Positions 18,454 through 28,920 of a DNA stretch of 64,000 bases are shown here, in pieces. Where the stretch lies: contig JBAZKL010000002.1 in the NCBI GenBank assembly GCA_041650835.1, forward strand, positions 410,435 through 474,434, read 5' to 3'. Position numbers and translations under genes: made by a program. The notes beneath the pieces were generated by a model. That model was not told the origin of the DNA. It made no database searches and saw only the letters and a program-made list of their open reading frames with translations. This stretch comes from Candidatus Omnitrophota bacterium. Lineage in GTDB: Bacteria > Omnitrophota > Gorgyraeia > Gygaellales > Profunditerraquicolaceae. Position 1 is the first letter of the stretch, and every line of letters begins with the position of its first letter.

Positions 18454-20634
18454 TTATTTAACAGTTTGTACCGCCACGGGGGCGTTTTTCTCGATCGATT
18501 CAAGGACATTAAAAGTAGCCAACGTCGTATATACATAACCCGGAAACAAAGCATTGACATCCTGCACACTGCTCTTCAGGAAATAATCCAACTCATTCTG
18601 ATACCCCATTTCCTGGGCGAATTTCTTAATAGTTTTTTCCTTCCCGTTCTTAACGATAGTTGCTGATTTAAAATCATCAATAACAACAACCGAATCTGAG
18701 CCGAACACCTCTATCCTCTCCCGCGAATAAGACTTAGTTCCAGCGGCAGTATATACGATAGTGCCCAAAGAACCGTCAGAGAGATTTATCTGTATGCTCA
18801 CGTTATCGTCAGCGATATATTTTCCTTTTTGTCCGGATAGAGCGGTCGCGTAAACACTGATCGGATAAGCCCCTGAAATATACTGTAGCAGATCGATGAA
18901 ATGGCATACTTCTCCGACAATCCTTCCGCCTCCGACACTCTTATCCTGTGTCCAGTGCTCCGCAGGGATATACCCCGCGTTAACACGATAGAGCATCACC
19001 AGCGGGCTCGTCCTGTTGATCAGAGCAGGCATAACTTCTTCAATTAACGGACTGAAGCGGCGGTTAAACCCGACCATAAGCTTCACAACGCCGTTACATG
19101 CTTTATGCGCATCTACAATCTGCTCGAGTTCTTCCCGGCTGATACAAAGAGGCTTTTCGATAAATACGTGCTTGCCCGCTTTGAGCGCCTCAATACACAT
19201 TTTCGCGTGGGCATTATGACGGGTAGTTATTATAATACTATTCGTATCTTTATCGTTCAGAACATCATTATAGTCAGAAGTGCAGTATTCAAACCCGTAT
19301 TTCTTACCTAAATGATGCGATGTAATACCGGTAGTTGTAGAAACCCCTCTAAACTTGACCCCGGGGATTTTTGACAAAGCTGGCAGCAATACGTTCTTGG
19401 TAAACATACCTCCACCGATACAACTCACAGTCCTTGCGTTCGAAGCATACTCGCGAATTCCGCTTTTTATCACCACCCGCTGCACGAGATTCTCGCTGGC
19501 CAGCAGATCAGCGCCTTCATATTCCAGAACAACTCCGATACAACGCTCTTTACCCTCCAGGATCATCGCATATGCCGAAAGAGCATCTTTAATATTAAAC
19601 CGATGCGTGATCAATTTCAAGACATCCACGCTCTTTTTGGAAAGTAATGAAACAAAATGCTCGTGGTTTCTTTTTTCGGTCCACCGAACATATTGCAACG
19701 GATAATCATACCCCAACTGTTCATACACAGGATTAATACTACCGGGGCCGGCCGCCTTTGAAACGGTAAAACTTAGTTCTTTTTCCCAGAACGTTTTCCT
19801 GGTTAAGTTGATCTCAGCCACGCCAACCAGCACGATCCGTGCGTTGCTGCGGGCGATTGTTTCCGCCATTTCGATAGGTTTATTGTCCTTGCTGGAAGCT
19901 GTTATAATTACCGCGTCAACCCCGTGCCCTCTCGTAAAATTTTCTATTGCAGCAGCCGTATCGTCGCTTGCCGGATTAAGCCCCAATTGCGCGCCCGATT
20001 CCCTCGCAAGGTTGACCTTACTATCATCTATATCGATGCCGATTATTTCACAGCTATACGCACGCAGCATCTGAACAGTCAACTGCCCCAGAAGGCCTAA
20101 ACCTATAACAGCGACATTTTCTCCAAACGTGATCCCTGCTTGTCTAATGCCTTGCAGAGCTATTCCTCCTAACATAATAAATGAGGCTTCTTCAAAACTT
20201 ACTTGGGCAGGAAGCGACACACACAGGTTTTCCGGCACCCAAATAATTTCAGCGTGAGAAGCAAACCCTGCTCCGACACATGCGACCCTGTCACCAATCT
20301 TGAACTCAGAAACGCCGGAACCAACCTGTATGACCACGCCTGAAGCGCTATAACCGAGCGCCACCGGTTCATCAAGACGGTTCATTGCTTCTTTATACAC
20401 GTTCAACAAACCTTCTTTTCTTGCCTTATCAATAAAACGCTTGACCAAATCGGGCCGTGCTTTGGCTTTATCAAACAGATTCTTCTTAGCGATATCTATC
20501 ATCGATTTTTCAGTGCCAATACTTATTAATGAATTCTTGTTCCTAACCAGAACTCCTCCGGCTTTACACGCCGGCACCGGGATATCTAGCAGGCTGATCT
20601 GACCTGTTTTATAACTCTGTATCACTTGTTTCAT
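18454..20634 (-). CDS. bi-domain oxidoreductase: N-terminal MDR/zinc-type alcohol dehydrogenase-like domain fused to C-terminal Gfo/Idh/MocA NAD(P)-binding oxidoreductase domain
   Basis: The N-terminus resembles MDR dehydrogenases (GGVLVRNKNSLISIGTE...GDRVACVG...). The C-terminus has a Gfo/Idh/MocA Rossmann motif (VSCIGGGMFTKNVLLPAL) and the EKP motif (HVFIEKPLC). The protein is 726 aa. Confidence 0.8.
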   Translation of the reverse strand: MKQVIQSYKTGQISLLDIPVPACKAGGVLVRNKNSLISIGTEKSMIDIAKKNLFDKAKARPDLVKRFIDKARKEGLLNVYKEAMNRLDEPVALGYSASGVVIQVGSGVSEFKIGDRVACVGAGFASHAEIIWVPENLCVSLPAQVSFEEASFIMLGGIALQGIRQAGITFGENVAVIGLGLLGQLTVQMLRAYSCEIIGIDIDDSKVNLARESGAQLGLNPASDDTAAAIENFTRGHGVDAVIITASSKDNKPIEMAETIARSNARIVLVGVAEINLTRKTFWEKELSFTVSKAAGPGSINPVYEQLGYDYPLQYVRWTEKRNHEHFVSLLSKKSVDVLKLITHRFNIKDALSAYAMILEGKERCIGVVLEYEGADLLASENLVQRVVIKSGIREYASNARTVSCIGGGMFTKNVLLPALSKIPGVKFRGVSTTTGITSHHLGKKYGFEYCTSDYNDVLNDKDTNSIIITTRHNAHAKMCIEALKAGKHVFIEKPLCISREELEQIVDAHKACNGVVKLMVGFNRRFSPLIEEVMPALINRTSPLVMLYRVNAGYIPAEHWTQDKSVGGGRIVGEVCHFIDLLQYISGAYPISVYATALSGQKGKYIADDNVSIQINLSDGSLGTIVYTAAGTKSYSRERIEVFGSDSVVVIDDFKSATIVKNGKEKTIKKFAQEMGYQNELDYFLKSSVQDVNALFPGYVYTTLATFNVLESIEKNAPVAVQTVK

Positions 20635-20635
20635 T

Positions 20636-21823
20636 TTAGCCTCTTTTCTTTGATTTTACGTTAGACTCATAAAAACGGGTCATTTTCCTCACATTTTCAA
20701 CCCAGGTATGTTCAGCAATCACCTTTTCTCTGCCCAAACTCCCCATTCTGGCGCATAATCCATCATCCGAGAGCAATTGCATTAGCGCATCGACAAGTCC
20801 CTGTTTATCCCGCTGAGGAAAAAGCAGCCCTTGTCTGCCGTGAACGATCACAGATTCTATCGGAGACAACCGAGGTGCGACAATGGGTTTAGCCATGGCC
20901 ATATACTCGAATATCTTCATTGGTGACCCGTAATTGTTCGAATCCGGCATAACGCCAATATCAAAAGCCGCCAAGTACCCCGGCAGATTGTCGTGAGAAA
21001 CAGGGCCGGTAAAGATCACATAATCATTCAACCCTTCTCTGGCTACTTGTTCTTTAAGTTTCGCTGACATCTGTCCATCTCCGATCAACAATAAACGGAC
21101 ATCTCTGCGGAAAGCTAAAACCTCTTTATAAGCGTCAAGCAGAAAATCTACCCCGTGCCACGGATAAAAGCTGCCTACGAAGCCGATAACTTTATCGCCT
21201 TTTTGAATGCCGTGCCTTAAGCGTATTTCCTGCGGGTCACACTCAAGTTTAAATTTCTCAATATCAACCGCATTCGGTAAAACAATGATCTTTTCAAAAG
21301 CTACCCCCATCGCCGCGATATCATTCTTTAACTTATCAGAAATAACGATAATGATCACGGCGTGCCTGAATACCAACCTCTCTATCGCTGTCTCAAGCCA
21401 GGAGAAGATCCCTGTCCGTTTAGGGTAAACCGTGGTCTGGGTTGTAAAGTTCACCTCTAAGAAAAGCGGCTTTTTACCAAGCAGCGACATGCAGAATCCG
21501 CCAAGATTCAGAAAAGCGTAGCGCTCATACACAATATCAAAACGATGGATACATGCGTAATAAAGCAAATGTATACAGGCAGGCAGATTATACGCTAATT
21601 CCAAAAACTCGAATAAAAACCGTGGCATACGGATAAAAATGCTTTTCTTCTTTTTCTGCTGCGCTTTTTCAGGATCAGCCTTCTGCGAACACCCACCCCC
21701 GTAATTGCCGAGAGATATAATATCAACCTGATACCCAAGCTTTTCAAATCCCTGAACAACTCCCTTAATATGCGTACCGTCGGCCCCACTGCATCGCGTC
21801 CGGTGATGATAAAGGACTCTCAT
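20636..21823 (-). CDS. glycosyltransferase family 4
   Basis: The GT-B fold is recognisable. The C-terminal half has the GT4 motifs IGFVGSF...GPVSHDNLPGYLAAFDIGVMP...EYMAMAKPIVAP. Confidence 0.8.
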   Translation of the reverse strand: MRVLYHHRTRCSGADGTHIKGVVQGFEKLGYQVDIISLGNYGGGCSQKADPEKAQQKKKKSIFIRMPRFLFEFLELAYNLPACIHLLYYACIHRFDIVYERYAFLNLGGFCMSLLGKKPLFLEVNFTTQTTVYPKRTGIFSWLETAIERLVFRHAVIIIVISDKLKNDIAAMGVAFEKIIVLPNAVDIEKFKLECDPQEIRLRHGIQKGDKVIGFVGSFYPWHGVDFLLDAYKEVLAFRRDVRLLLIGDGQMSAKLKEQVAREGLNDYVIFTGPVSHDNLPGYLAAFDIGVMPDSNNYGSPMKIFEYMAMAKPIVAPRLSPIESVIVHGRQGLLFPQRDKQGLVDALMQLLSDDGLCARMGSLGREKVIAEHTWVENVRKMTRFYESNVKSKKRG

Positions 21824-22473
21824 GATCTCTTACTCCACAATTCTGATACCGTGTTAAAAATAAACCCTTTTTGTTTTAGGATACTAATGATCTCAGGCAA
21901 TGCTGTAAGCGTGTACGAATAATCCTCATGGAACAGGATCACGTCTCCGGGAAGAATCACCGCCTGTTTTATGTATTCTGCCAATTTCCGCGGGTCAGTA
22001 AGCATATAGTCCTGACTGTCAAACGACCATAACACTATCCTGATTTTGTGCAACAGGCAATAGACGATCGAGCTCGCCGTCAGCCTGCCCCATGGAGGCC
22101 TGAATAAACGGGAAGATTTTCCCGCGATCTTGATTATTTCATTTTCTGTCTTTTCAACACCCTCAACCAAGTCGGCATTCTTATCATGAAAATATGAGTG
22201 ATTGGCGACCTCATGTCCTCCCCGAAGCATCCCTGTTATTAGATCTGGAAACTCATGCGCCTGTTTCCCAACAACAAAAAAAGTCGCTTTCACCCCCGTT
22301 TCCTGAAGTATTCCGAGCAACTTCAGGGTATTTTCGCGGTGAGGTCCATCATCAAATGTCAACGCGATCATTTTTTCCCGTGTCCTTATTCTGTACAAGA
22401 AATACGGGGTTCGCGCGACGAGCCCCTTAACCAGGCGCAGTACGCGATCTTTTAAATATCTGATGACTGACAT
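21820..22473 (-). CDS. polysaccharide deacetylase (NodB homology domain, CE4)
   Basis: The motif IALTFDDGPHRENTLKLLGILQETGVKATFFVVG matches the NodB TFDDG signature. The protein is 217 aa. Confidence 0.85.
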   Translation of the reverse strand: MSVIRYLKDRVLRLVKGLVARTPYFLYRIRTREKMIALTFDDGPHRENTLKLLGILQETGVKATFFVVGKQAHEFPDLITGMLRGGHEVANHSYFHDKNADLVEGVEKTENEIIKIAGKSSRLFRPPWGRLTASSIVYCLLHKIRIVLWSFDSQDYMLTDPRKLAEYIKQAVILPGDVILFHEDYSYTLTALPEIISILKQKGFIFNTVSELWSKRS

Positions 22474-23429
22474 TTTTCTCTCAAGAGGCTTTTGATCCGT
22501 TTCGACCCTCTTATGATTCCTGGATTAACACATGCCAAAAGAAGGTACTTTACAACTGACATACTGAATTTATGCTGTAACGATACCCAGAAGTTCTTTC
22601 TGGCTTCTTGAAGCTCTCCCTGGCAAAAATAATGATACCCGATCTCAAAATAACATTTTGCTTCCCGAAAACGAAGGCCTATCCGACACTCTGGGTCATT
22701 TTGTATCTCAGGGAACCTCTGGATCGTATTCCGGATTACTCTTCTCACATTGGTATATGTCTTATTAATATCCCGGCGAACCAGATGTTCAGGATGTTCG
22801 CGGCAGCGAACTAATGCTTCGCCGATATATCCCGCTTTACAAATCTTAGCCGTCCGCAACCAATAATCATAATCCTCGCCTGAATAGGTCTCTTCAAATA
22901 ACCCGACTTTAGCAACACAACTTTTTTTGATCAAAACCGTTGAGGTTCTAACGATACACTCCCGCAGTAAATAAGGAAAAATATTCCCGGACATCTGGGA
23001 TTCCGCGGTTATACCAAAGCGATAATTATTAATAGGGCCTGTCGAACTGAAAAGTGAATTATCGGTATGGACAAACCCGACATCGGAACAACTCCTGAAT
23101 ACCTCAATTTGCAGTTGAAGCTTTCCTGGAAGCCAAATATCATCGGCGTCTAAAAAAGCAACATACCCCCCCCGCGCGCGGGCAATACCGGTGTTCCGCG
23201 CGGCCCCGGGCCCTTTGTTTTTTTGAAAGATATACGTTAGCGTACCGGGCAATTCTTTTACATACCGCGTAACAATTTCCCTGGTATTATCAGTCGAATC
23301 GTCATCAACCACGATAATTTCTAGGTCGTTATAGGTCTGTTTCAGCACCGAATCCAGAGCCTCAAAAATGAACTTCCCGTAATTATATGTCGGTATTATA
23401 ACACTCACTAATGAATTTCTCGTGTCCAT
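22452..23429 (-). CDS. glycosyltransferase family 2
   Basis: It has a GT-A N-terminus (VSVIIPTYNYGKFIFEALDSVLKQTY...IIVVDDDSTDNT) and a DAD motif (AFLDADD). Confidence 0.85.
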   Translation of the reverse strand: MDTRNSLVSVIIPTYNYGKFIFEALDSVLKQTYNDLEIIVVDDDSTDNTREIVTRYVKELPGTLTYIFQKNKGPGAARNTGIARARGGYVAFLDADDIWLPGKLQLQIEVFRSCSDVGFVHTDNSLFSSTGPINNYRFGITAESQMSGNIFPYLLRECIVRTSTVLIKKSCVAKVGLFEETYSGEDYDYWLRTAKICKAGYIGEALVRCREHPEHLVRRDINKTYTNVRRVIRNTIQRFPEIQNDPECRIGLRFREAKCYFEIGYHYFCQGELQEARKNFWVSLQHKFSMSVVKYLLLACVNPGIIRGSKRIKSLLREKCQSSDI

Positions 23430-23430
23430 A

Positions 23431-25293
23431 TTAATCGATATACTTCCTGTGCCAAAGCTCCAAAGTTACTAATGAGAATATCCTTTTACCGAGATCATGT
23501 TTCTTTTGGATATTCGTAAACAATCCTCTTACATATTCGGAATTAAAGTAACCCCGCGAAAGCGACTTTTCTTCCAACAAAAGCTGTTTTGCCTTCTCAT
23601 AGAGTCCCCCCCGGAACCAGCCAGTCAAAGGAACGGGAAAACCCATTTTTTTCCTAAAAACGATCTCCTCCGGCAGCAATTCTTTCATTATCTCTTTTAG
23701 GATGAATTTTCCTGTCCCGTTCCTGAGCTTAAACTCATCAGGTAGGCCTGCGCAAAATTCAACAAGCGTGTGGTCCAGAAACGGACATCTCATTTCTATT
23801 GAAGCAGCCATCGTCATCCGGTCTGATTTTGTAAGAATATCTTCCGCAAGCCACGTTTTTGTATCGATATACAACATTTTACCGAGCAAACTTTTTCCCT
23901 GGACAAGAGAATGCAACTTATTGAAATAACCTTCCATTTTTCCATCAAGGCTTTCGCGGAACCTGCGTGTATACATTTTTTCCCTGGTCATGCGTGTCAG
24001 GTCAAAAGATACTGATCGGTAACGCTCTTCAAACGGCATACATATCCATTCCAGGTATTTGTTTAATTTCTCGGTTGGAGCAATGCGAGGCGCCTGGTTT
24101 CTGATAAAACCGGGAATAAAACGCAATGCTCCATAGATGTTCTCGATCCGATGCATTTTTTCATATAACGCGTACCCAGCGAATATTTCATCCGAGCCCT
24201 CTCCAGAGAGAAGCACTGTCGCATGCGGCTTGGCAAGCTTTGAAAGTTTATACAACGCGATCCCCGCGCTTTCAACCAACGGCTCTTCGGTATGCTCCAA
24301 TAAGGTATCAATGGAACTAAAAAGATCATCGTGTGTCAGAAAAAACTCCTGGTGGTCGGTCTTAAACTTATCAGAAACGACCCGCGCGTATTTCAATTCG
24401 CTCATCTGCGGAGCATCTTTATATCCTACAGAAAACGTTTTAATCCTCTTGTCGCTGACCTCACTCATCAATGCGACAATAGCACTTGAATCAAGTCCAC
24501 CGCTTAAAAAGACCCCTAACGGAACCTCGCTCATGAGCCTCAAAGACACACTTTCCAACAAGATCTTTTTAATAGTTGTAAAAGCTTCCTGGAAGGAGAT
24601 GTCACGGGCAGGAACATTGACAATATCCCAATATTGCCTTACATTCAAGCTGCCGTGCTCCTCCAGCAAAAGATAATTCCCGGGTTCTAACTTGGAAATA
24701 TCCTTGAAAAATGTTTCCGCACCGGGAGTATATCCTAATGAAAGATAAAAATCAAAAAGCGATTCATTTACCTGCGCCCGCACTAAACCACTTTTTAACA
24801 TAGCTTTTATTTCTGAAGCAAACAAGAAGACATCATTACCGCGATAGTAATACAAAGGTTTTTTGCCCAGCCTGTCCCTGGCCACCATGAGCCTTTTACG
24901 AGGTTCATCCCAAAGAGCAAATACGAACATGCCTCTAAGTTTATTTACGCATTCAGGGCCGTATTCCTCATATAAATGGACAATAACCTCCGTATCGCTG
25001 TGAGTAAGAAACCGGTGACCCTTTTGGACCAAGTCATTGAACAGGTCCTTATAATTATAAATTTCTCCGTTAAAAACAATACAGATATTCTTATTTTCAT
25101 TAAAAATCGGCTGGTGCCCCGAAAAAAGATCAATGATGCTTAGCCTGCGGTGCCCAAGGGCAACACCCTGCTTCACAAAAAACCCTTCGTCATCAGGGCC
25201 CCGGTGGGTTAACGCGTCAGCCATCTTTTTAATCAAACTCAAAGAAGCTATCGGCTTACTAGACAGATCTATCATCCCGCAAATACCGCACAT
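23431..25293 (-). CDS. asparagine synthase (glutamine-hydrolysing) family amidotransferase
   Basis: The N-terminal MCGICGMI provides the class-II glutamine-amidotransferase Cys nucleophile. The synthetase PP-loop is SGGLDSS. The protein is 620 aa. Confidence 0.9.
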   Translation of the reverse strand: MCGICGMIDLSSKPIASLSLIKKMADALTHRGPDDEGFFVKQGVALGHRRLSIIDLFSGHQPIFNENKNICIVFNGEIYNYKDLFNDLVQKGHRFLTHSDTEVIVHLYEEYGPECVNKLRGMFVFALWDEPRKRLMVARDRLGKKPLYYYRGNDVFLFASEIKAMLKSGLVRAQVNESLFDFYLSLGYTPGAETFFKDISKLEPGNYLLLEEHGSLNVRQYWDIVNVPARDISFQEAFTTIKKILLESVSLRLMSEVPLGVFLSGGLDSSAIVALMSEVSDKRIKTFSVGYKDAPQMSELKYARVVSDKFKTDHQEFFLTHDDLFSSIDTLLEHTEEPLVESAGIALYKLSKLAKPHATVLLSGEGSDEIFAGYALYEKMHRIENIYGALRFIPGFIRNQAPRIAPTEKLNKYLEWICMPFEERYRSVSFDLTRMTREKMYTRRFRESLDGKMEGYFNKLHSLVQGKSLLGKMLYIDTKTWLAEDILTKSDRMTMAASIEMRCPFLDHTLVEFCAGLPDEFKLRNGTGKFILKEIMKELLPEEIVFRKKMGFPVPLTGWFRGGLYEKAKQLLLEEKSLSRGYFNSEYVRGLFTNIQKKHDLGKRIFSLVTLELWHRKYID

Positions 25294-26498
25294 TATAATC
25301 CCTTCTCCTTAAGCAAGACAACATCCTGGAACACGCGGAAATATTTGTCAGCAACTTTTGACCACGTTAAAGAAGCCACCGAATCCCTGATCTGTTTTTC
25401 ATCCCAAGTCATTTCCAGAGCGCGGCACAATGCTAGAGCAAGCATTTCGACATCTCTCGGTTGGCATACAAAACCATTCTTCCCCGAGATCAAATCAGGT
25501 ATACCTCCGACTTTAGAAGCGACTACCGGCCTGCCGCACGACAACGCCTCAACAACGACACAGGGAAATCCTTCTCGAATACTCGCAAGGCACAAGCAAT
25601 CGCTTGCTCCGATCCAATCGGGGATCTCGTCATAATTTCTCTTGCCGCACAATTTCACCTGCTCTTGGAGGCCCGAGCTTTCTACAAATGTTTCAACTTC
25701 ATGCCGCAAATCCCCGTCACCTACAACATATAGTGTGACATTACTTTGCCTGTTTTCCTTTATCCTTTTAATAGCTTCCAACAAATACATTACTCCCTTA
25801 ACTTCAATCAGCTGACCGATAAACAAAATGATCTTTCCGTCGCTTTTCAGATTAAGCTTTTTTCTGCATACAACTTTTTCCTTTAGGCTGAATTTTTCCT
25901 GGTCAACACCGTTTTGGACCACCTCCATCTTAACATAGCCAAGTTCCAATTCCTCAATAATAGATTTTTGGGCGTTACTGACAACCGTAAGTGCCCGGCA
26001 ATGCTTTATTGCCCCACTTATTTGAACTCGTCGAAAAAAAGTCTTCAGATACAAGTTTATATCGCATCCGTGCGCTGACAACACTATCGGCAATCGTAAA
26101 AAACGCGCCACCCATACAGCCGCAACTCCATCAGGAAATAACCAATGGGCGTTTATCAGGTCAATTTTTTGCGCACGCTTGAGCCTCATAAGAACGGGTA
26201 ACAACGCTATGAATAAAAACACCGGGTGCAAGATGCCCATTTTAGGCAACGCCAGGAACTTAGGGCTGATCACCGGAATTCCATCTTTAGTGAAACGAAA
26301 CGGTACTTGAGAGAACTTATACCAATTTTTAAATCGTTTAAGGATACTCGCTCTCGGGAACCAGGGCAACGGCGAAACAACAACAATATCACATTGCGTA
26401 CGAAGATTCTGCATGACCGACTCGACAAAATTGCCTCTCAGCGGCTCTTGCGGGTTAGGATAAAGATTGGTGATTATTATTACGTTAAATTTACTCAT
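25293..26498 (-). CDS. glycosyltransferase family 4
   Basis: A GT-B fold is recognisable, with C-terminal motifs ASIREGFPCVVVEALSCGRPVVAS. Confidence 0.8.
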   Translation of the reverse strand: MSKFNVIIITNLYPNPQEPLRGNFVESVMQNLRTQCDIVVVSPLPWFPRASILKRFKNWYKFSQVPFRFTKDGIPVISPKFLALPKMGILHPVFLFIALLPVLMRLKRAQKIDLINAHWLFPDGVAAVWVARFLRLPIVLSAHGCDINLYLKTFFRRVQISGAIKHCRALTVVSNAQKSIIEELELGYVKMEVVQNGVDQEKFSLKEKVVCRKKLNLKSDGKIILFIGQLIEVKGVMYLLEAIKRIKENRQSNVTLYVVGDGDLRHEVETFVESSGLQEQVKLCGKRNYDEIPDWIGASDCLCLASIREGFPCVVVEALSCGRPVVASKVGGIPDLISGKNGFVCQPRDVEMLALALCRALEMTWDEKQIRDSVASLTWSKVADKYFRVFQDVVLLKEKGL

Positions 26499-26503
26499 TC
26501 GGT

Positions 26504-27619
26504 TTATTGTTTAATGACCTCATCATACAGATGTTCGTATTCCTTTATCATTTTCGCAAAAGTAAAGCTCTCGAGTATACGCTTTCTTCCCTCAGAGCCG
26601 AAGCGGGTGACTTCATCCTTATTCCTGATTAATCGCAACAATGCCGCGGCAAAATGTTCAGGATCACGCGCATTGACAACCAAACCTGTTTTTTCATGCA
26701 AAACCAATTCCCCGTTACCATCTACATCAGTACAAACAACAGGCAGCCCCGAGATCATCGCTTCCAGCAAGACTACAGGAAACCCTTCTCGGATAGAAGA
26801 AAGAGCGAACATGTCGAAAACCTTTAACAGGTCAGGGATATCCCTGCGCGCTCCCAAGAAAACAACGGAATCCTGCAATCCTAATTCTACCGTATATTCT
26901 ATCAATGATGCCTTAAGCGGGCCATCACCGACAATCAACAATTTCACCTGATGAATCTGATGCCGTACGGTTTTAAACGCCTGCAAAAGTGTTCGATGGT
27001 CTTTATTATCCGTAAGCCGGGCAACACAGCCAATAACCACCTCAGACGTGCCAAGCCCAAGTTCTTTTTTCTTACCCGGGACATCGACATTCTTTTCATA
27101 GCTTTCAGGTTTAACGCCATTATATATCACCACAAGTTTTTTGCGAGCAATCCCTTCTTTCTCGATCATGAATTTCGCCACGCTTGCGGCGACGGTCGAG
27201 ATCTTTATGGTAAATTGCGCCAGTACCCACTCAAGCTTCATCCAGCGACCGCTATGATAATTAAAATAATCCGCTGTCGTATGCTGCGTATGCACCAACG
27301 GAACACCTGCTAATACGGCAGCAATACCTCCATATAACCAAGCGCACTGGTTCTGCGTATGAACAATACCGACACCTTCTTTCTTAATCAACTTAGCTAA
27401 GCGAAACGGCATTGCAAAATCAGTACCGCGAGATTTATTTAAGACATGGACGGTAATACCTGCCCGGGAAAACTCTTTTTCAAGCTCTCCGCCGCTTTCA
27501 AAAACACAAACCGACGCGCTGAACTTTTCTTGATCCAGTTTTTTGCAGAGTTCCAGGGTCAATGTTTCAATTCCGCCGATCCCTAACGAATAATTGACAA
27601 ACATAATTTTTCTTTTCAT
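26504..27619 (-). CDS. glycosyltransferase family 4
   Basis: An N-terminal MFVNYSLGIGGIE motif is followed by C-terminal SSIREGFPVVLLEAMISGLPVV. Confidence 0.8.
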   Translation of the reverse strand: MKRKIMFVNYSLGIGGIETLTLELCKKLDQEKFSASVCVFESGGELEKEFSRAGITVHVLNKSRGTDFAMPFRLAKLIKKEGVGIVHTQNQCAWLYGGIAAVLAGVPLVHTQHTTADYFNYHSGRWMKLEWVLAQFTIKISTVAASVAKFMIEKEGIARKKLVVIYNGVKPESYEKNVDVPGKKKELGLGTSEVVIGCVARLTDNKDHRTLLQAFKTVRHQIHQVKLLIVGDGPLKASLIEYTVELGLQDSVVFLGARRDIPDLLKVFDMFALSSIREGFPVVLLEAMISGLPVVCTDVDGNGELVLHEKTGLVVNARDPEHFAAALLRLIRNKDEVTRFGSEGRKRILESFTFAKMIKEYEHLYDEVIKQ

Positions 27620-27622
27620 TTT

Positions 27623-28915
27623 TTAAAATATTTCTTTCTCCGCTATAAGCCATATAAGTATTATAACGCCGCACGTTATACCAAACGAATTTATCCAGTC
27701 CCGTAGGTTAAACTCAAGCTTAAGGTCCTTAAACTCAGATCTTGCCAAGACATAACAGGTCGCGGTCAAAGCCCAGAATACGAACAAAACATCATGTTCC
27801 ATCAAAACAAAAAATGTCGCGAAGAAAAATCCGATCGCAGCGATTACGACCGACAATGATAGATCTTTTATTTCATCGTCATTGAGCGCCGTTGCTCTAT
27901 ACACAACAAAACAGCTTTTGATCGTTAAATAAACAAGCGCGATATACAAAAGGAGCCCAAAATAGCCTGTCTCGGACATGCTGGAAACATAATTATTGTG
28001 CGCGACTAATCCGGTCTGAAGAGGAAATTTCCCCCTACCGATGCCAAAAACAGGGTTTTCTTTGGCCATTCTCAACCCCCGCTCCCATGTCCATGTCCTT
28101 TCATGGGCAGAATCTTCTTTTGAATTCAGTTCCTTCATACGTGAGGGAGAAAAGATTAAAAATAGCGGCAAGCAAACCATTGCAAGAATGATCCCTTTTT
28201 TCACCCCAAACCGGAATACCACAAACAAAAGTATCATGGCCCCCAAAGAAAGAAACCCACCCCGTGAATTCGTCAAATAGATCCCGAATACCAGCATTCC
28301 AACAGAAAACAGATTAATAAACTTATACACGAAAGATTTCCCCTTTTTTATTATGTTACCGAAACAAAAAGGAACCGCGATCAAATACGCAAGGCACAGA
28401 ACATTGGGTCCATCCCATAAGCCGATCCAAAAAGTGCGCCCATCGAATACCGGAATCTGGAGATTCCCTTTTTCATCAAGGTTCCCGCTTGTATGCAGTA
28501 TCTGATGCGCCCAGCCCATCCCCCCATGCTGGCTTTGATAAATAGCCTGAAAACTTAAAATAACGGTAAAAACCATGATAATGAAAAACGTCTGCTTGAC
28601 CTTTTTGGGAGAATCCAACAGTAACAGAAACATGACATAGACCAGAAACCTTTTAAAGAATGCGACGCATTGAGAAAAACCGAACCCCGCATCACCATGT
28701 ACCGCGTTGCTGATAAAAGACAACAACACAAAAGCAATGATCAAAAACGTATGAGGTGTCTTTAAATCTCTTCCGGCCTTGGATTGATTAATGACACCCG
28801 CTATCAAACCTCCCCAAACAGAAACTTGATTCAACGGTAAGCCATATAAAGGACTGCCGGCCCAATCTTGCGGGCGAATGAACAATGTCAACAAAAACAG
28901 AAATATCCAGAACAT
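27623..28915 (-). CDS. O-antigen ligase / Wzy-type polymerase-like polytopic membrane protein
   Basis: It has about 10 to 12 predicted TM helices. A central periplasmic loop carries a TNSRGGFLSLGAM motif typical of the Wzy_C/O-antigen ligase family. Confidence 0.65.
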   Translation of the reverse strand: MFWIFLFLLTLFIRPQDWAGSPLYGLPLNQVSVWGGLIAGVINQSKAGRDLKTPHTFLIIAFVLLSFISNAVHGDAGFGFSQCVAFFKRFLVYVMFLLLLDSPKKVKQTFFIIMVFTVILSFQAIYQSQHGGMGWAHQILHTSGNLDEKGNLQIPVFDGRTFWIGLWDGPNVLCLAYLIAVPFCFGNIIKKGKSFVYKFINLFSVGMLVFGIYLTNSRGGFLSLGAMILLFVVFRFGVKKGIILAMVCLPLFLIFSPSRMKELNSKEDSAHERTWTWERGLRMAKENPVFGIGRGKFPLQTGLVAHNNYVSSMSETGYFGLLLYIALVYLTIKSCFVVYRATALNDDEIKDLSLSVVIAAIGFFFATFFVLMEHDVLFVFWALTATCYVLARSEFKDLKLEFNLRDWINSFGITCGVIILIWLIAEKEIF

Positions 28916-28920
28916 AGCAA

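Noticed and set aside
17226-18569. N-terminal 42-codon extension of the glycosyltransferase ORF (MCRMSMLCF...), which overlaps the oxidoreductase gene
   Set aside because: An internal ATG at 18443 has a strong AAGGAG RBS and begins the conserved GT4 N-terminus (MKWLIINSYFPPE). The extension overlaps the upstream gene's 3' end.
24137-26951. Plus-strand ORFs 24137..24676 (179 aa) and 26226..26951 (241 aa)
   Set aside because: They lie fully inside well-supported minus-strand AsnB and glycosyltransferase genes. The 241-aa ORF spans two minus-strand genes, and both have Ser/Arg-rich antisense-type composition.
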